A stretch of DNA of 64,000 nt from the human T2T-CHM13v2.0 reference genome, Homo sapiens, in the NCBI RefSeq assembly GCF_009914755.1, contig NC_060937.1; one strand, 5' to 3'. Each line of letters starts with the position of its first letter. The stretch's first letter is position 1. Both the position numbers and the translations under genes were made by a program. This document shows, piece after piece, positions 13,500 through 28,166 of this stretch. Under the pieces are notes generated by a model, which saw only the letters and a program-made list of their open reading frames with translations, was not told the DNA's origin and did not search any database.

Positions 13500-16400
13500 G
13501 AGAGGATACTGGACAGGGAATCAGGAATCAGATTGTATTGGAGAAAAATAGCTGGCAGCAAGTGGAAGAGTCTTTGAACAGATAAACTAATTAATATATT
13601 ATTTTAATAGCTCCAAAGAGAAATTATGAAAACCTGGGACTAAATCTGTGGCAGTGGGAAAGGAGAGAAGAGAAAAGACTGAAGAAAAGAGCAACAGGTG
13701 TTAGTGATTCTGATAAAGAGGAAACAAGCAAAGATAACTTTATGATTGGGGGAAAATTCATACTATTCATCATTGTAGAGAACAACCAAAAAGGCTTTTA
13801 GAGTGAAAGACAGTAAATTCAGTTTGGAACTATTGAAATTAAGGCCAACACCATGTGGAACATGGATTGGAATTCAAGAATAAGGTCTTACAAATGTGCA
13901 TTTTCTGTACTGCTTAAGAGTATTCAATTCTGCTATAGAAGACAAGAAAAGAAACCGGATGGACTGAATTCATAAGAATTATTAGGCATATTTAGAAAAA
14001 GTTATAAAAATATGTGAAACTCAGACAATGCGTTAAGTATAGATAATGGGTAAGCAAGTAACTTGTGAGACATTGGTAAAATTAATGTGGCATGTTATAT
14101 ATAGACAGAGTAACGTGTAAGGCCTGCCAATCATTGATCAATAGAATAAACTGAAAATACAATGGTGCACAAAGGAGTTTTGTTTAAGATCAGATAGAAA
14201 TAGATGGAAAAATCAAATCATAGTACCTCTAGGATGACAGCTATGTCACCCTCAAATTCAGCCACCTATTGACGATACCCACTCTGGTCTTATTCTGGCC
14301 TATGTGCACTTGTGTAGAACAAGCATGTATCATTGGCTCAGGACTCCTTTTGTCTGTGAACCTGTAGCTTAAACCTCACCTCTGGTTCTCAAAATCACAT
14401 TATTGGCAAGGAAGGCTGACATCACTCATTTTTTATCCATTTTCTCAGCATTGGCAAGTAAGAGAAAGAGAGAAGATATATGAACATTATGATATCTAGG
14501 ACTCAGGTACTGTGTTCCTTTCGTCCACTTGGACTTAATCTAAGAATGTTAACTTACCCTATCTCCTTACCCTTGCCTCTCATTGTGTTTTTCAAATTGA
14601 TTCAGTAAACTATGATACAAGTATCTTAATTGGTCCCTAAACCTTTCTGCTCTTTGATCTCTGAGATAACATGCTTCATAGTGCCCTTAGAAGCTACCAT
14701 TGCCTCAAGGTAATTCCCTGCATGATTGGTCTGGTCTGGAGGACTATAATCATTTAGGTGTTTGAAGATCAGATAACCTAACTAGACCCCAATTACTTTT
14801 AACATAGTAAATTTAACGTATGTAAGTTTTCAACAAATGTAAAACCCCATAAGACAACACCAAGCCTCTACCTTCAAAATACTAGAAGTTACCTCTTTTT
14901 ATATGCTTCTGAAATTTTATGATATAAATTTTGCCTTTGAGGGCAAAAACCATACCCTATTTATCTTTGTATCTCCATACCTAGCTGAACACCTGTAATA
15001 GTGCACTCAATGTATTTTTGTTGAATTAAAGAATAAGTTTCAGTGCATTTTCATAATGCAGATATTTACATAATAATATTTATATGCTGACTCTGACAAA
15101 GCTCATTATTAGATTTAATAAACAGATTTATTTAAAATTGTATAGATTAAACCATTCATCCAGACAGAGATTGTTGTGGAAAAAAACTGAATTCCTCCTG
15201 GACAGGACTGACAGAATGAAAATTACTTAAATGACGTGTTGGTTCAAGACCCCAGGATCACCAAACCTCAATTTGGTTTTCAGCAGATTATGACAAAGAT
15301 CCCAAATTCTCTACTCATTGTCAAAGCAAGTTAGCAAGCAGATGTGATACTGTGCAAATATGGAAAAGCAAATCCATGTCATACATGCTGTGTTTGTTCA
15401 GGAATAGTGGAGCAGAGAAGTGACGTGAGTGTCTAGGTAAAGTCAAACCCTAGCACATGAAAAAAACAGAGAAAACAAAATGAGAGTCTTTTTGTTTCTT
15501 CATCGGGAAAGATGTTTAAGTCTAAGACAAGCTAGATATATTATGATTTGTTCAGACAATAAAATATTTTCAGTTGTCGAAAAGATGAAAAACAACTTAT
15601 GAACTGATTTGGAACAATCTATCAGATATATTGCCAAGCAGAAAAAAAATAAGGTGAGAAGCAGTTTGTATGTCCTGCTAATATTTTCTGCATAAAGTTT
15701 TGTGGAAGAATACACAGTATATTGATTACACTCATTACAGTGGTTGACTTCAGGAAGGAACACTGGGTAGGATAAGATATAGTAGAAAGCAAACTAGTTT
15801 TTTGATTTTGCATATTTTTAAAATTTTTTATAATTTTTCATGCATTATGGTTTCAAAAAGGCAAAATGGAGTAAAATAAGTAAAAGAATTTTTAAAATTT
15901 AAAGTCAGTTTTTTTGTAAAATACTCTTTCATCAGGGTATGTAAAACTCAGTGCAGTAAACAAATGTATTTCCACTCCTGTTTATGTCTATAGTACATTG
16001 TGCATTGGAGGATTTTTCATTTACTATCTGTTGAGCCTCCAAAAACAGGATAAGAGATTACCATTTCTAATTATGTTGTGCATAAAGTTATATATTTAGA
16101 GTGCTTTTCTTTTGATTTAATAAATATATCACATAGTCCATTAACTCACTAAGCCCTATTCAACTCCAAAGGTTCCAATATACATGATTTCACAAATGAA
16201 AAAATTAAAAAAAATAAAAGCTTTGACTCACATAAACAATATAGAGAAGAAAACGAAATACATGTACCTTGGTTTTCTCATCTATAAAATGGGAATGATG
16301 AAGGTATTTAGCCTGCCAATAATGTACATGTAAAACTCATAATAAATGGTAGTTGTAACTAATGTAACTTAAATGTCAAACGAACAGATGCTTGTTCTGT

Positions 16401-18669
16401 ATAAGTATTTATGTCCAGAAAACATAAGCTTATTGTCTTATTTAAATAAAACTGTAAATGCCTAATGATGCTTGGTGATGGCTATTATCTTCCTATCACA
16501 GCTTGGCAAGGATCTCTCCCAAATATCTATGATTACCCATTTGAATTGGAAATGGCCCATCTCCCAGCATATTCACAATTAGCTGCTTCAATGGCATTGG
16601 TAAACAAAATAACCAAATTTTTGTTCAAATTTCTTACACATTGTAAAGTTCATCTAAAATGGTTTTTTAAATGTAGATTTCTTATTTAAAAAAAAGAAAA
16701 AGAAGCATACCATATATTGACCTCTGAGTGATGAAGAACTTGAATTAAGATCATGAAGATACTAAGAATCCACATTTGGAAAAGAGAGAATTAAATTTAT
16801 CTTCCTAAAGACAAATTTAAAGACAAGTTTAAAAACAATTCATTCCGATTTGTTAAATTGACCAGGTAACCACCCTGTAGTCTATTTTTATTGCCTTTGT
16901 AAACACAGGTGGGGCATCATTTATCTGGAGCTTTAGTGAAGAATCATGTTGGTGTCTTAAACCTTCTAAAGAGGTTTATATTTAAAGGACTAGTCCTTGG
17001 GAATAAAGATAAACCAGGCTAAATCACTTTTGGGTATACATGCTGTCCACCAGAAATTACCTGATTGATTTTTTAGTTATGCCTGCAACACAAACTCCTT
17101 CCTCTTCCAGTCCCTCAGTGATGTCTGTCCTCAACTGGTTAAATATCTCACCACCACCATGAAGGGAGGGGTGCATCAAGAGCCACTCAATACCTGTCAG
17201 TGACCACTCAGAAGTTTGGGGCAACAGGGAGAGAAAGAGAAACAAAGGCAGAATACCTGTACATGCCTCTGTGAGTCTGTGTACACAAAAGGAGAACTGA
17301 ATGGGGAAAGAGAGAGAGTAAGGATCAGAGAAACCTTGAGGAGCCTGGGAGAAGGACCATTTTTGGAGGAGACCTGTGTTCTATGACTCAGACAGGGGAG
17401 GAATCAGGATGATTTTTCAAAGGTATGATTTCTGAGACTTAACTTATGTTCAGTCTACTGAATTCCATGGCTGGAGCAAACAAACAATGAAATCTGCTCA
17501 GGAAAACAATGAAATGGTATCACAAACGCATGTTTTTTTAAAAAAAGAAAGAAAGAAAGAAAGAAAACCCATCAATCTCATCAAGGCGCCTGGATCCTGA
17601 AAAGGAAGAGGAGAACATACATGTTTGAAACGAGGAAAACTATGCATAACCATTCCCAGGACACCATTCACTAAATGTCAGGAACTAGAAGGGTTCCTGA
17701 GCTCCTAATATTGAGCAGGTACAATCTCATGACACGAGGATGGAGAAGCGACTCTGATTTCCAGTGCATGATGGGGTGTCAGGAGTCCTTAGAAAGCAGA
17801 TTCGTGCTTCTAAAAAAAACCGAATTTTGGTTTATATCTACTGAGAACTTACCTAGCTCCTAACCACTGAAATGAAAAGGTGTATTTTTGAAGTTATTTC
17901 TGAGAGTGGAAAAAGAAATGCTCCACTTTTGAGCCTTAATAAAGTCATGTTAGGGCAGTAAAGGCCATCTACTTTAACAAAAGCAACCGTGTCCAACTAT
18001 ATCATTTATATCGAGTGGTGAAAACCATTGCAGGATCCACTATAGCATATCAGAATTACAAAGAGTAAAAAAAAAAAACAAAATGTTTGATCTCTTTACT
18101 TCAACTCAGAAATTGCTGAAATTCATAACCGTATTAGGAGAAAATCAACAGAATGGGCAAACTTTTCTCACAGGCAGAAGAGCCTTAAATTTACTCTGAT
18201 TTTTAATTTCATTTAACATGTATTGCTATACTAAGGAAGGCCTTCTGTATAAATAATAATCAGAAAAAGAGAAGGTCTTTGAAATGGGAGAGGACAGTTT
18301 AATGTTTTCACCGGTATATGCAACCACGAGTCCAGTTGTAAATCTTTTCAGTGCTGTCTAGCCTGGAAAGGGGAGAATTATGTACTGGAATATGCAAGAG
18401 AAGGCTGGAAGTCCTTATGCAGATGTAAGTTGATTAAAATTAGCACTTCATGAAATTGCTTTTTTTTTTTTAGATGAAAAGTGATTCTAAGTGGGACACA
18501 GCTATAAAAGTAAAAAGTCCTCGTTTTTCAATCTGTGCTAAAGGTTCTTTCCATGAGCGACCTTATTTGGTGCTTTAACATAAGATTATAATATGCAACA
18601 ACTTTTAAAATAGTTTTTCCTTTTTCTTGTTTCAGTTGTTATGAAAAACCGCCATGATTATCTGGAGTC

Positions 18670-18890
18670 AGAGTAAGTAGCGTGGTAGAAAGAGGATTCA
18701 AACCTCAAGCTTAGGACTAATAAATGCCACATAACTTTGGACAAACTACTTAACTTTGTAGCTATGGATTCACCTTTAAGTTTCCCTCATAAAGTGGCTG
18801 AGAGGAGTAAGTAAGAGCACTCCTACTGAGCACCTTTTCAGTGTCTGGCACCATCCACATGGCTGTCAGTAGCTGTTACTATCATTATCA
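18670..18890 (+). mobile_element. Degenerate MIR
   Basis: 'ataactttggacaaactacttaac...cagtgtctggcac...agctgttactatcattat'. Confidence 0.5.
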
Positions 18891-18931
18891 GTGTCCGTAA
18901 GTGGTGTTAGATTTAGTGCCAATGCTGTTAC

Positions 18932-19641
18932 TGTTGGGGAGGAAAAGAAATTCTTCTACATTCTACTCATCATAGGTTCTCCAACTGGGACCTGGCAAAT
19001 TAGATTGACAATGAAATAGCAAGAGAAAAACAAACAGAAGTTTAACATGAGCATCTTGCATATACATGGGAATACTCAGTGATGAGTAATTCAATAAAGG
19101 TGGTTAAGACTTGGGTATATATAGTATCACAACAAAAGAACAATAAATTTTAGAGAGACAAAGGAAAAAGACTGAATTTCTAGTGCAGGCTGGGCCTGAT
19201 GGCTCATGCCTGTATCCTAGCACTTTGGGAGACTGAGGCTGGAGAATCACTAGAGCCCAGGAGTTCAAGATCAGCCTAGGCAACATAGGGAGACTCCATC
19301 TCTATCAAAAAAAAAAAAAAAAAAAAAATCTAGGGCAACAAACAAATATATGAGGGAAACTGATGGAAGATAAGAGCTAGTTAGTAAGGTTTGTTATGTA
19401 GATTCCCTGTGCAGTCAAACATCTGAAAGCTGACAAGCATCTAGAGTTGTCTCTGGTGATTAACTTCCTCTTTGGTAGAGAGGAGAAAGGAGACACCTGT
19501 ACAAATTTATGTCTTGCTTTTAGAAAAACTGGGGGAAGGCAGGGCGCTTTTCTTGTATCTGTTTTTTCTCAATTGCTTTCAGCTCAAAATAATACTATGC
19601 CAAAGTGGCATATTTGGGGGTGGCACATTCCTCCACCCTTT
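18932..19641 (-). mobile_element. MER34-family solo LTR with a FLAM insertion
   Basis: Reverse complement begins like MER34: 'tgccacccccaaatatgccactttggcatagtattattttgagctgaaagcaattgag'. Confidence 0.75.
19188..19328 (+). mobile_element. FLAM/Alu left monomer with poly(A)
   Basis: Monomer plus A-tail; TSD-like tctagtgca/tctagggca. Confidence 0.85.
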
Positions 19642-19845
19642 GTTATTCAATTCTGCAAACTTTGGTTGCATACCTGTGATATGCTAAGTACTACACAGGT
19701 GCCTATGAGAAGTTTATAATCTTTTAAGTACACAAATAACTGAGTCCGTTTGATTTGAAAAAAAAAAAAAAAAAGAGGGAGGAGAAAAGAGGTTAATGTC
19801 AAGCAGGAATTTTAACTGAAATTGAAAATCCCCTTGGATTGCTGA

Positions 19846-20226
<381 letters not shown>

Positions 20227-20770
20227 TATTTTAAGACTACTTTGTTTCATTAGTATTTTTAAGATAATATGCTCTTCTGAGAGATCTTCCTCATGTTATC
20301 AAACTAATTGGTTCACTACACTACCAACATTGCCAATTACACCCAAGTATCTCCCATCATGTACTTGGGTTGCTTCTATTCAAGCCCTCTGTACTGCTGA
20401 CTCACCAGCATCAAAAGAAGTGCATGCTGCCTATCACTGACATTTCTTGCCGGCATAAAAATTGGACCGAAGCACTGGCAATTAATATTTCCACTCTTGT
20501 CTGCCTGACATACATATCATTAGCGGTACTTCACCTGTAGAAATGAAATTAAATTATGGAAAAAATAGGGATTTTTAAGACCCAAATCAATGACAGGTGC
20601 ACTTTACTTCCAGAAATGAGGGAAGACTAAGGCATGGTGTAGTTTTGAGTACATACTTTTAATTACTATTTTTGTTTTGTTTTGTTTTGTTTTTCTGAAA
20701 CAGGTTGAGGCAGGAATGACATAGCATTCATGTCATTGCATCACTTTAAGGTCCATAAAAGAATCTGATT

Positions 20771-21017
20771 TATATGTGGAATCTAAAAAAGTAGAACTCA
20801 AAAAAGTAGAGGATAGAACGGTGGTTACTAGAGGCTGGTTGGGGCACAGGGAAGAAGAGGAAAAGGAGAGACCTTTGGGATCATTCCACAATGTATTGAT
20901 ATGTTGAAACACTACATCATAACCCACAAATATAGACCCCATAAATTATCTTTTATCAATTAAAAATACAAGTGTCAAAAAATTTTTAAACTCCACTAAA
21001 AAAATTAAACTCCTAAG
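20771..21017 (+). mobile_element. Truncated, internally deleted L1MA 3' end
   Basis: 'atatgtggaatctaaaaaagtagaactc...gtggttactagaggctgg'; flanked by agaatctgatt on both sides (TSD-like). Confidence 0.65.
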
Positions 21018-21324
21018 AGAATCTGATTATTATTTTGTCATTTAAGTATTTTTGGCACTCAAAACTAATATAATCTATAAGTAAAAAATCACAAGTAATT
21101 AGTGTGAGCCCCAAGTCTCCTACAAGCTACAACCAAACCCAAACCTTACCAAATTTTTTAGAACCATAGACGATGACGGTGACAAGACCAAAGCTCTGCC
21201 TCAAGTGGCATCCAGGCCCACCCCTGGCTGTGAGGGGTTTCTCTCTCCTAAGTTTCCAAAACTCAGGAGAAATCTGGAGGATAGCATCGACTCCTTCTTC
21301 CTGTGTGACACTTTGGCACTCTCC

Positions 21325-21854
21325 TGTTACTCACAAAGCCAGTCCCCCAACAGATGAGATCTTTCCCCATTTGGTGTCACAAAGCCAATACATAAAACTG
21401 AAAGTGAGTGTTAAGCAGTGCAGGCTTTATTTGCTGGCCATGGAATTCAGAAGCAGGAGAAAGGCTCACAAGTCAACTTGACTAAGGAGTGGGTTAAAAT
21501 ATAGGGTTTCTCTAACGAAGGGGTTGGACCTTAAAAGTGAAGGGAAGCATATTCATATCTTTCCAGAAATGGGAGGTGAACTTTCCGGAACCAGAGCGCC
21601 ACCTTCCTGTCTGTCCTTTCATGGCTTCTTCCGGTTGTTGTCATGCCAATTATCAACAGTCATGGTGCTGATAGGAGTTTCATCTAGCATGGCAATGAGA
21701 TTATAATGAAGCCTGAGGTCTTGCTGAAGTTTTTGGGTCAGTTATCTTGGTTCTAACCAGTCTCAACCGGCCTGGTTACAAAGGGAAATTTTTATCACCG
21801 GTGTCCTGTTTCTTAAGCAGGGTTAGGGCCAGATAGAAATTCATCAATGTCTCA
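21325..21854 (-). mobile_element. ERV solo LTR, subfamily not assigned
   Basis: TG...CA ends with a perfect 5-bp TSD (tctcc at 21320-24 and 21855-59); 'ctttatt' antisense poly(A) signal near the left end. Confidence 0.7.
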
Positions 21855-21859
21855 TCTCC

Positions 21860-22105
21860 TTCAGATCTTTACTCAAATGTCACTTCCATGAGTGCTTTCT
21901 GGGTCACCATTCCTAAAAGGGCACATATGCCACAGCCCTTATCTCCCGCTGATACAGAATACATCTGGCTTATCACCCACCTCCCCCTACTAGAATATTA
22001 GGGCCATCAGAGACTTTTGTATGTTTTGCTCATGGCTATACATCCAGGGCCATACTAGTACAGTGCCTGGTACGTAATAAATGTCAAATATTTGTGTTGA
22101 ATGCA
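21860..22105 (+). mobile_element. L2 3' end
   Basis: 'ctcaaatgtcacttcc...cagtgcctggtacgtaataaatgtcaaatatttgtgttgaatg'. Confidence 0.75.
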
Positions 22106-22219
22106 GGAAAGACACCTTTCCCTCCTGAATGTGGAAATCTACAAGTCCATGCAAGTTCCCTGGAGCCTACTGTAACAGCAACTTATATTAAGAAAATTAA
22201 CAAAAACTTGAAAATAAGG

Positions 22220-22764
22220 TACAATAGTCCCCACTTACCTAAGTTTCACTTTCTACAGTTTCAATTATCTGGGATCAACCACAGTCTGAAAATATTAAAT
22301 GGAAGATTTCATAAATAAACAATGCATATGTTTTAAATTGCATGCCATCCTAAGAAGTATGATTAAGTCTTGCACTGTCCTACTGCATCACACCCAGGAT
22401 GGGAATTGTCCCTTTGTCCAGCAGTTACACACTATGTTCCCCACCCATTAGTCACTTTGTCACTTTGTGATCAGATCATGTCATTGTACTGCAGTGTTTG
22501 TGGTCAAGTAACACTTACTTTACTTCATAATGGCCCCAAAGCACAAGTGTAGTGATGCCGGCACATAATAATTATTCGATTTTATTATTAGTTATTGTTG
22601 TTAATCTCCTACCTCCTATGCCTAATTCATAGATTAAGCTTTATCATAGGTATGTAGCATAGGAAAAATAAATAGCCTATGTAAGGTTTAGTACTATCTA
22701 CAGTTTCAGACATCGACTGGGGGCCTTGGAACATATTCCGCTGTGGATAAGAAGAATTACTATA
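22220..22764 (+). mobile_element. MER44 (Tigger7-derived)
   Basis: TA-flanked 'caatagtccccacttacc...aaccacagtctgaaaatattaaatggaa...ttggaacatattccgctgtggataag'. Confidence 0.8.
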
Positions 22765-24267
22765 AAAGGATGGCTGCTCGTCTTAATTCAATGGCATATT
22801 GAATCATTGGCATGATATGCCCATGTAGGGATTATTTAGTTCTTCAGGAGAGTGAATCCTTGAATCTTTTTCTGTCATACTATGTACTACTGATTAGGGT
22901 CTAGACTCGGTGCAGTTACATGGTAACTTGGAGATTTTTATCTGATAGTGATGAAATGAATTATGTGCAGAATTTTAAAAAAAAACCCAAAGGTTATGTT
23001 TTTATTGTGCTATCAGACATAAATCAGTTTCTATCTAACCTAGTAATCTTATTCCAACATTCTGTCTTCACTGCCTTTAAATACTCAATACCTCAAAAGC
23101 ATTTTGAGCTGGCTTTATCACCCTGCTGGTTCCTTCACCAATGACTTAAATAAATCTTTAATGTGTGCTCATTTTATATTTGTATGACAATCACGTGTTA
23201 ATATTTTGAAGATGATTTTGACAGTTTAGAGTGGTTCCCCACCAATGTGCCCAAATGGATGATACAGATTGGGTCAGAAGTAGATCTGGTTTGTTAAACT
23301 TTTGTTTATTGTCAGACTATTGGTTAGCTCAAATCAATGTTAAGATGTTCCCGCTGGAAAGGGGAACCACTCTTTGAGATCTGAGACTGTCAGTTGTGAT
23401 TCTGGGTTTACCTTTAACCTCTGGCTGATGTTGTAGAACTGAAGCAGTGACCTCTTAGTCCAGATAATTTGTAACCCTTTTTCTCTTGTTATGTGAGCTT
23501 GAAATATTGAACTACACTTGGAATGTATTAATAAAATAGACTATAAAGCCTCACAAAAGCTCTGTTCTGGTTGTTTTACAGAGAATAATAAATCTTTACA
23601 TAAATCTAATATTCCCAGAATGCCTAGAAAAAAACTAAAGTTCTAATACTTTAAATATGCTTTGTCCTGCATCCCCAACAAACGAACAAATGAAAATCAG
23701 AAACTGCTGTTTCAGAAACATTATTATATGAGAATCCAGGTTTATGTAATCAAAATGACTCTTTAGACATATTAAACTTGTTTAATCACTTTAGTTTAAA
23801 AACAGCTATTTGTCTTCTGTCTGACTTTATCTATGTAGAATATAATATAATAAAACTTATCACAATAAATCTCTGTTTTCTCTTGAATACACTATTTAAT
23901 CTGAATTCCTGAAAACTCTTATGCTATTTTACTAATCAGACAAACCAACATACTTTCACATAAAGTTTTGAATTATGAAAAATACAAAATTATGTATTCA
24001 ATTAAGCATGGTTATATTCTGATGTTTTTTACATCAACAGTGATTATGGTCTATAGTGCATCAGTTTTCACATAATTTTCAAGATCCTTAGTTAACATGA
24101 GGAACATAGACTATTAACTTGAGTTAATGAATAATCTTTGGATATCTGGATAATTTCTACTAGGAGAATACTAAAACATTGGTCAGCAAGCATAGTTTTT
24201 CACATATCTATGAATATGCATGTCTATATGTATGTGTATATGTATATACACATACATATATGTATTC

Positions 24268-26656
24268 TGACTGTTTCAACAATTGATCTTTCTGTCATAT
24301 CTCTCTCTCTGTCTCTCTCTCTCTCTCTCTCTCCCACCTCTCCCTGGGCCTCCCTATTCCCTGAGACACAACAATATTGAAATTGGGCTAATTAAGAGCC
24401 CTACAATGGCCTGTAAGTATTCAAGTTAAAGGAAGAGTTGCATGTCTCTCACTTTAAGTCAAATGCTAGAAACGATTAAGCTTGGTAACAAAGACATGTC
24501 AAAAGCTGAGACAGGCTAAAATCTAGGCTTCTTACACCAATTAGCCAAGTTGTGAAGACATAGAAAAAGTTCTTGAAGGAAATTAAAAGTGCTACTCCAG
24601 CAAACAAGCAAATGATGAAAAAGCAAAACAGCCATATTGCTGATAGGGAGAAAAGTTTGAGGAGTCTGGATAGATCAAACCAGCCACAACATTCCCTTAA
24701 GCCAAAGCCCATTCCAGAGCAAGGTCCTAACTCTCTGCAATTTTGTGAAGGCTGAGAGGGGTGAGGAAGCTGCAGAAGAAGGTTGGAAGCTAGCAGAGAT
24801 AGGCTCATAAGTTTAAGGAAAGAAGACGTCTTTGTAGCAAAAAGATACAAGGTGAAGCACAAGTGCTAATGGAGAAGCTGCAGCTAGTTATGAGATGATA
24901 TAGCTAAAATAATTGATGAAGGTGGCTGTGCTAAGTAACAGGTTTTTTTATTTTATTGTATTCTTTGAGACAAAGTCTTACTCTGCCACCCAGGCTGGAG
25001 TGCAATGGTGCAATCTCGGCTCACTGCAACCTCCGCCTCTCAGGTGCAAGCAATTCTCCAGCCTCACCACCCCCCAACCCAAGTCGCTGGGATTACAGGT
25101 GCCCACCACCATGCCTGGCTAATTTTTGTGCTTTTAGTGGAGACAGGGTTTCACCATGTTGGCCAGGCTGGTCTCGAACTCCTGGCATCAAGTAATCTGC
25201 CCACCTTGGCCTCCTAAAGTGTTGGGATTACAGGTGTGAGCCACCGCATCCAGCCTAAATGACAGATTTTAAATGTAGATGAAACATCCTTCTATTGGAA
25301 GACGATGCCGTCTAGGACTTTCATAGAGAGGAGAAGTCAATGTTTGGCTTCAGAGCTTCAAAGGATAGGCTGACTCTCTTGTTAGGGATGGATGCAACTG
25401 GTGACCTTAAGTTGAAGCCAATGCTCACTTGCCATTCTGAAAATCCTAGGAGTTATGCTATATCTACTCTTCCTGTGCTCTAAAAATGAAACAACAATCC
25501 CTGATAAGAGCATATCTATTTATAAAATGGTTTATTGAATATTTTAAGCCCACTGTTGAGACCTACTTCTCAGAAAAAGAGGTCCCTTTCAAAATATTAC
25601 TGCTCATTGACAATGCAACTGGTCATTTAAGAGTTTGATGGATGTGTACAAGGAGAGTAACGTTGTTTTCACATCTGCTAACACAGCATCCATTCTGTGG
25701 CCCATGGATCAACAATTCATTTCAGCCTTCAAGTCTTATTATTAAAGAAATATATTTCATAAGGTTTTAGCTGCCATAGATAGTGATTCTTATGGAACTG
25801 GGCAAAGTAAATTGAAAACCTTCTGGAAAGGAGTCACCATTTTAGATGCCATTATGAACATTTGTGATTCATAGGAGGAGGTCAAAATGACAACAATAAC
25901 AGGAGTTTGAAAGAAGTTGATTCCAACCCCCTGGGTGACTTCAAGAGGTTTCAAGACTTCAATGGAGGAAATCACTACAGATGCAGTGGAAACAGCAAGA
26001 GAACTAAAGTAGATGTACAGCCTGAAGATGTGACGGAATTACTGCAATCTCATGGTAAAACAGATGAGGAGTTGCTTCCTATGGATAAGCAAGAAAGTAG
26101 TTTCTTGAGATGAAGCCTACTCCTGGTGAAGATGCTGTGAATATTGTTGAAATGACAACAAAAAATGTAGAATAGTTCGTAAACTTAGTTGATTAAGCAA
26201 CAGCAGGGTTTGAGAGGACTGACTTCAATTTTGTGTGAATAGAATGCTATCAAATGGCATCTCATGCTACAGAGAAATCTTTCGCAAAAGGAAGAGTCAA
26301 TCAGTGGAGGAAACTTCATTGCTGTCTTACTTTCAGACAGCAACAGCCACCCCACCCTGATCAGTCAGCAACCATCAGCATCAAGGCAAGACCCTCCACC
26401 CTCAAAAAGATTAAGACTTGCTGAAGGCTCAGATGATCATTAGCAAGTTTTAACAATAAAGTATTTTTAAGTTAAGATATGTACATTGTTTTTATAAATA
26501 ATTCTATTGTACACTTCATAAACTACAATCTTGTGTAGGCATAACTTTTATATGCACTGAGAAACCAAAAAACTCATGTGACTCTCCTTACTGCTATAGT
26601 CATTTTATTGTGGTGGTCTGAAACCAAACCCATAATATCTCCAAGACATGTCTGTA
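24268..26656 (+). mobile_element. Tigger1 DNA transposon, 5'-truncated, transposase disrupted, Alu inserted at 24945-25255
   Basis: 'gggcctccctattccctgagacacaacaatattgaaatt', transposase remnants (KEIKSATP, 'aatgtagatgaaaca', 'cccatggatcaa'), 3' TIR 'atatctccaagacatgtctg-ta'. Confidence 0.92.
24945..25255 (-). mobile_element. Alu, antisense, inside Tigger1
   Basis: Reverse-complement Alu; flanks taagtaacaggtttt / taaatgacagatttt. Confidence 0.95.
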
Positions 26657-26845
26657 TTCCCTGAAGTCAAAATTGAAAACTCTGTGTTAAAGAAGGCATC
26701 ATTTTTGCCATTTTAAGAATGTGATAAAATGATACATATGATTATAGAAAATCATATTGAGTGTCTTCCACTGACTTTCTAAAATTTGAGCATTTTAGAA
26801 AGTGAACAGAACACTTATTTAGTTAAAAGTTAACTAAAGTAAGTA

Positions 26846-26986
26846 ACTTGCTGAGCTTTCAGCAAGTACTAATCTTGCAGATGGAGGATCTTGCCTTGAC
26901 GCTGATGGCTGCTAACTGATTGGAGTGGTGGTGGCTGAAGGTTGAGGTGGCTGTGGCTGTCTGAAAGTAAGACAGCAATGAAGTTT
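26846..26986 (-). repeat. Inverted local copy of Tigger1 segment 26311-26432
   Basis: Reverse complement begins aaacttcattgctgtcttactttcagacagc, identical to 26311-26341. Confidence 0.9.
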
Positions 26987-27024
26987 GCTTACTTTACTTA
27001 CTTGAGTTAAAAGTTAAAGTTAAT

Positions 27025-27323
<299 letters not shown>

Positions 27324-28166
27324 AGTTAAAATTAATATGTGTGACTAAGACTGCTAGAAAAAGAGAGGCAGAGAAATATAACTTTGGATAAAAGGTAATG
27401 GAGTGTTTACAACGAAAAAAAAGAAAGAATTTTGTCCTAAAATTAAGTATCTTGCTCCAGAACATGAACAAAGATTGGGAAGATTAAAACTTGAATAGAT
27501 ATGTACAATTATAGAAGAATGTGAAAAATGATTTTGTGGCCTTGCTTTATAATAAATACTAATAATTAATGAAAAAATAAGCATGACACATGTTAAAAAT
27601 TTGGCAAAGTTGGCTTAGTTTTGATTAAAGAATTCCTAAATTTTAAAAAAACAGAAAGAATTCTGTGAATCCTTTACAGCCAAATATAATCTTAATATAA
27701 AATCAGAATTTGGTCTTCTTTCCATTAAAATTGATCGTGAAGTATTTTGTCTGCTCTTATCAAGGGGTAAGAAGGGTTATTCTGTAATCTTCTCAGGTAG
27801 CAGAGATTCCATGTGTCACTAGAATCATTTTCTTTCCCTTGGCTGAATTAGTAATGTCCTCGATTTAAAAAAAAAAAACTCACTGACAGAATTAATATCA
27901 TGATAACTTCTGCATTTACTTTAATATATTTCATTGTCACTTTGATTAATACATAGCCCAGCTAAAACTATTCATGTACTGCAGCATCTATGATTTTATT
28001 TTAGTAAATTTCCTCTGATAGCTCTTTTGATTTTTGTCTCTTCAAGATCAGATTCTAAAATTGAGGGGAAAAAAATTTCAAGATGTCTTTTATACCTAAA
28101 CTACCTTTGGGATTTTTCCTGAGGGGTCCTGAGAAATCACAAATATTTGTGGTTTTTATAAATTTA

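Noticed and set aside
24476-26113. Possible domesticated Tigger transposase
   Set aside because: Many stops and frameshifts, an Alu insertion and a missing 5' end.
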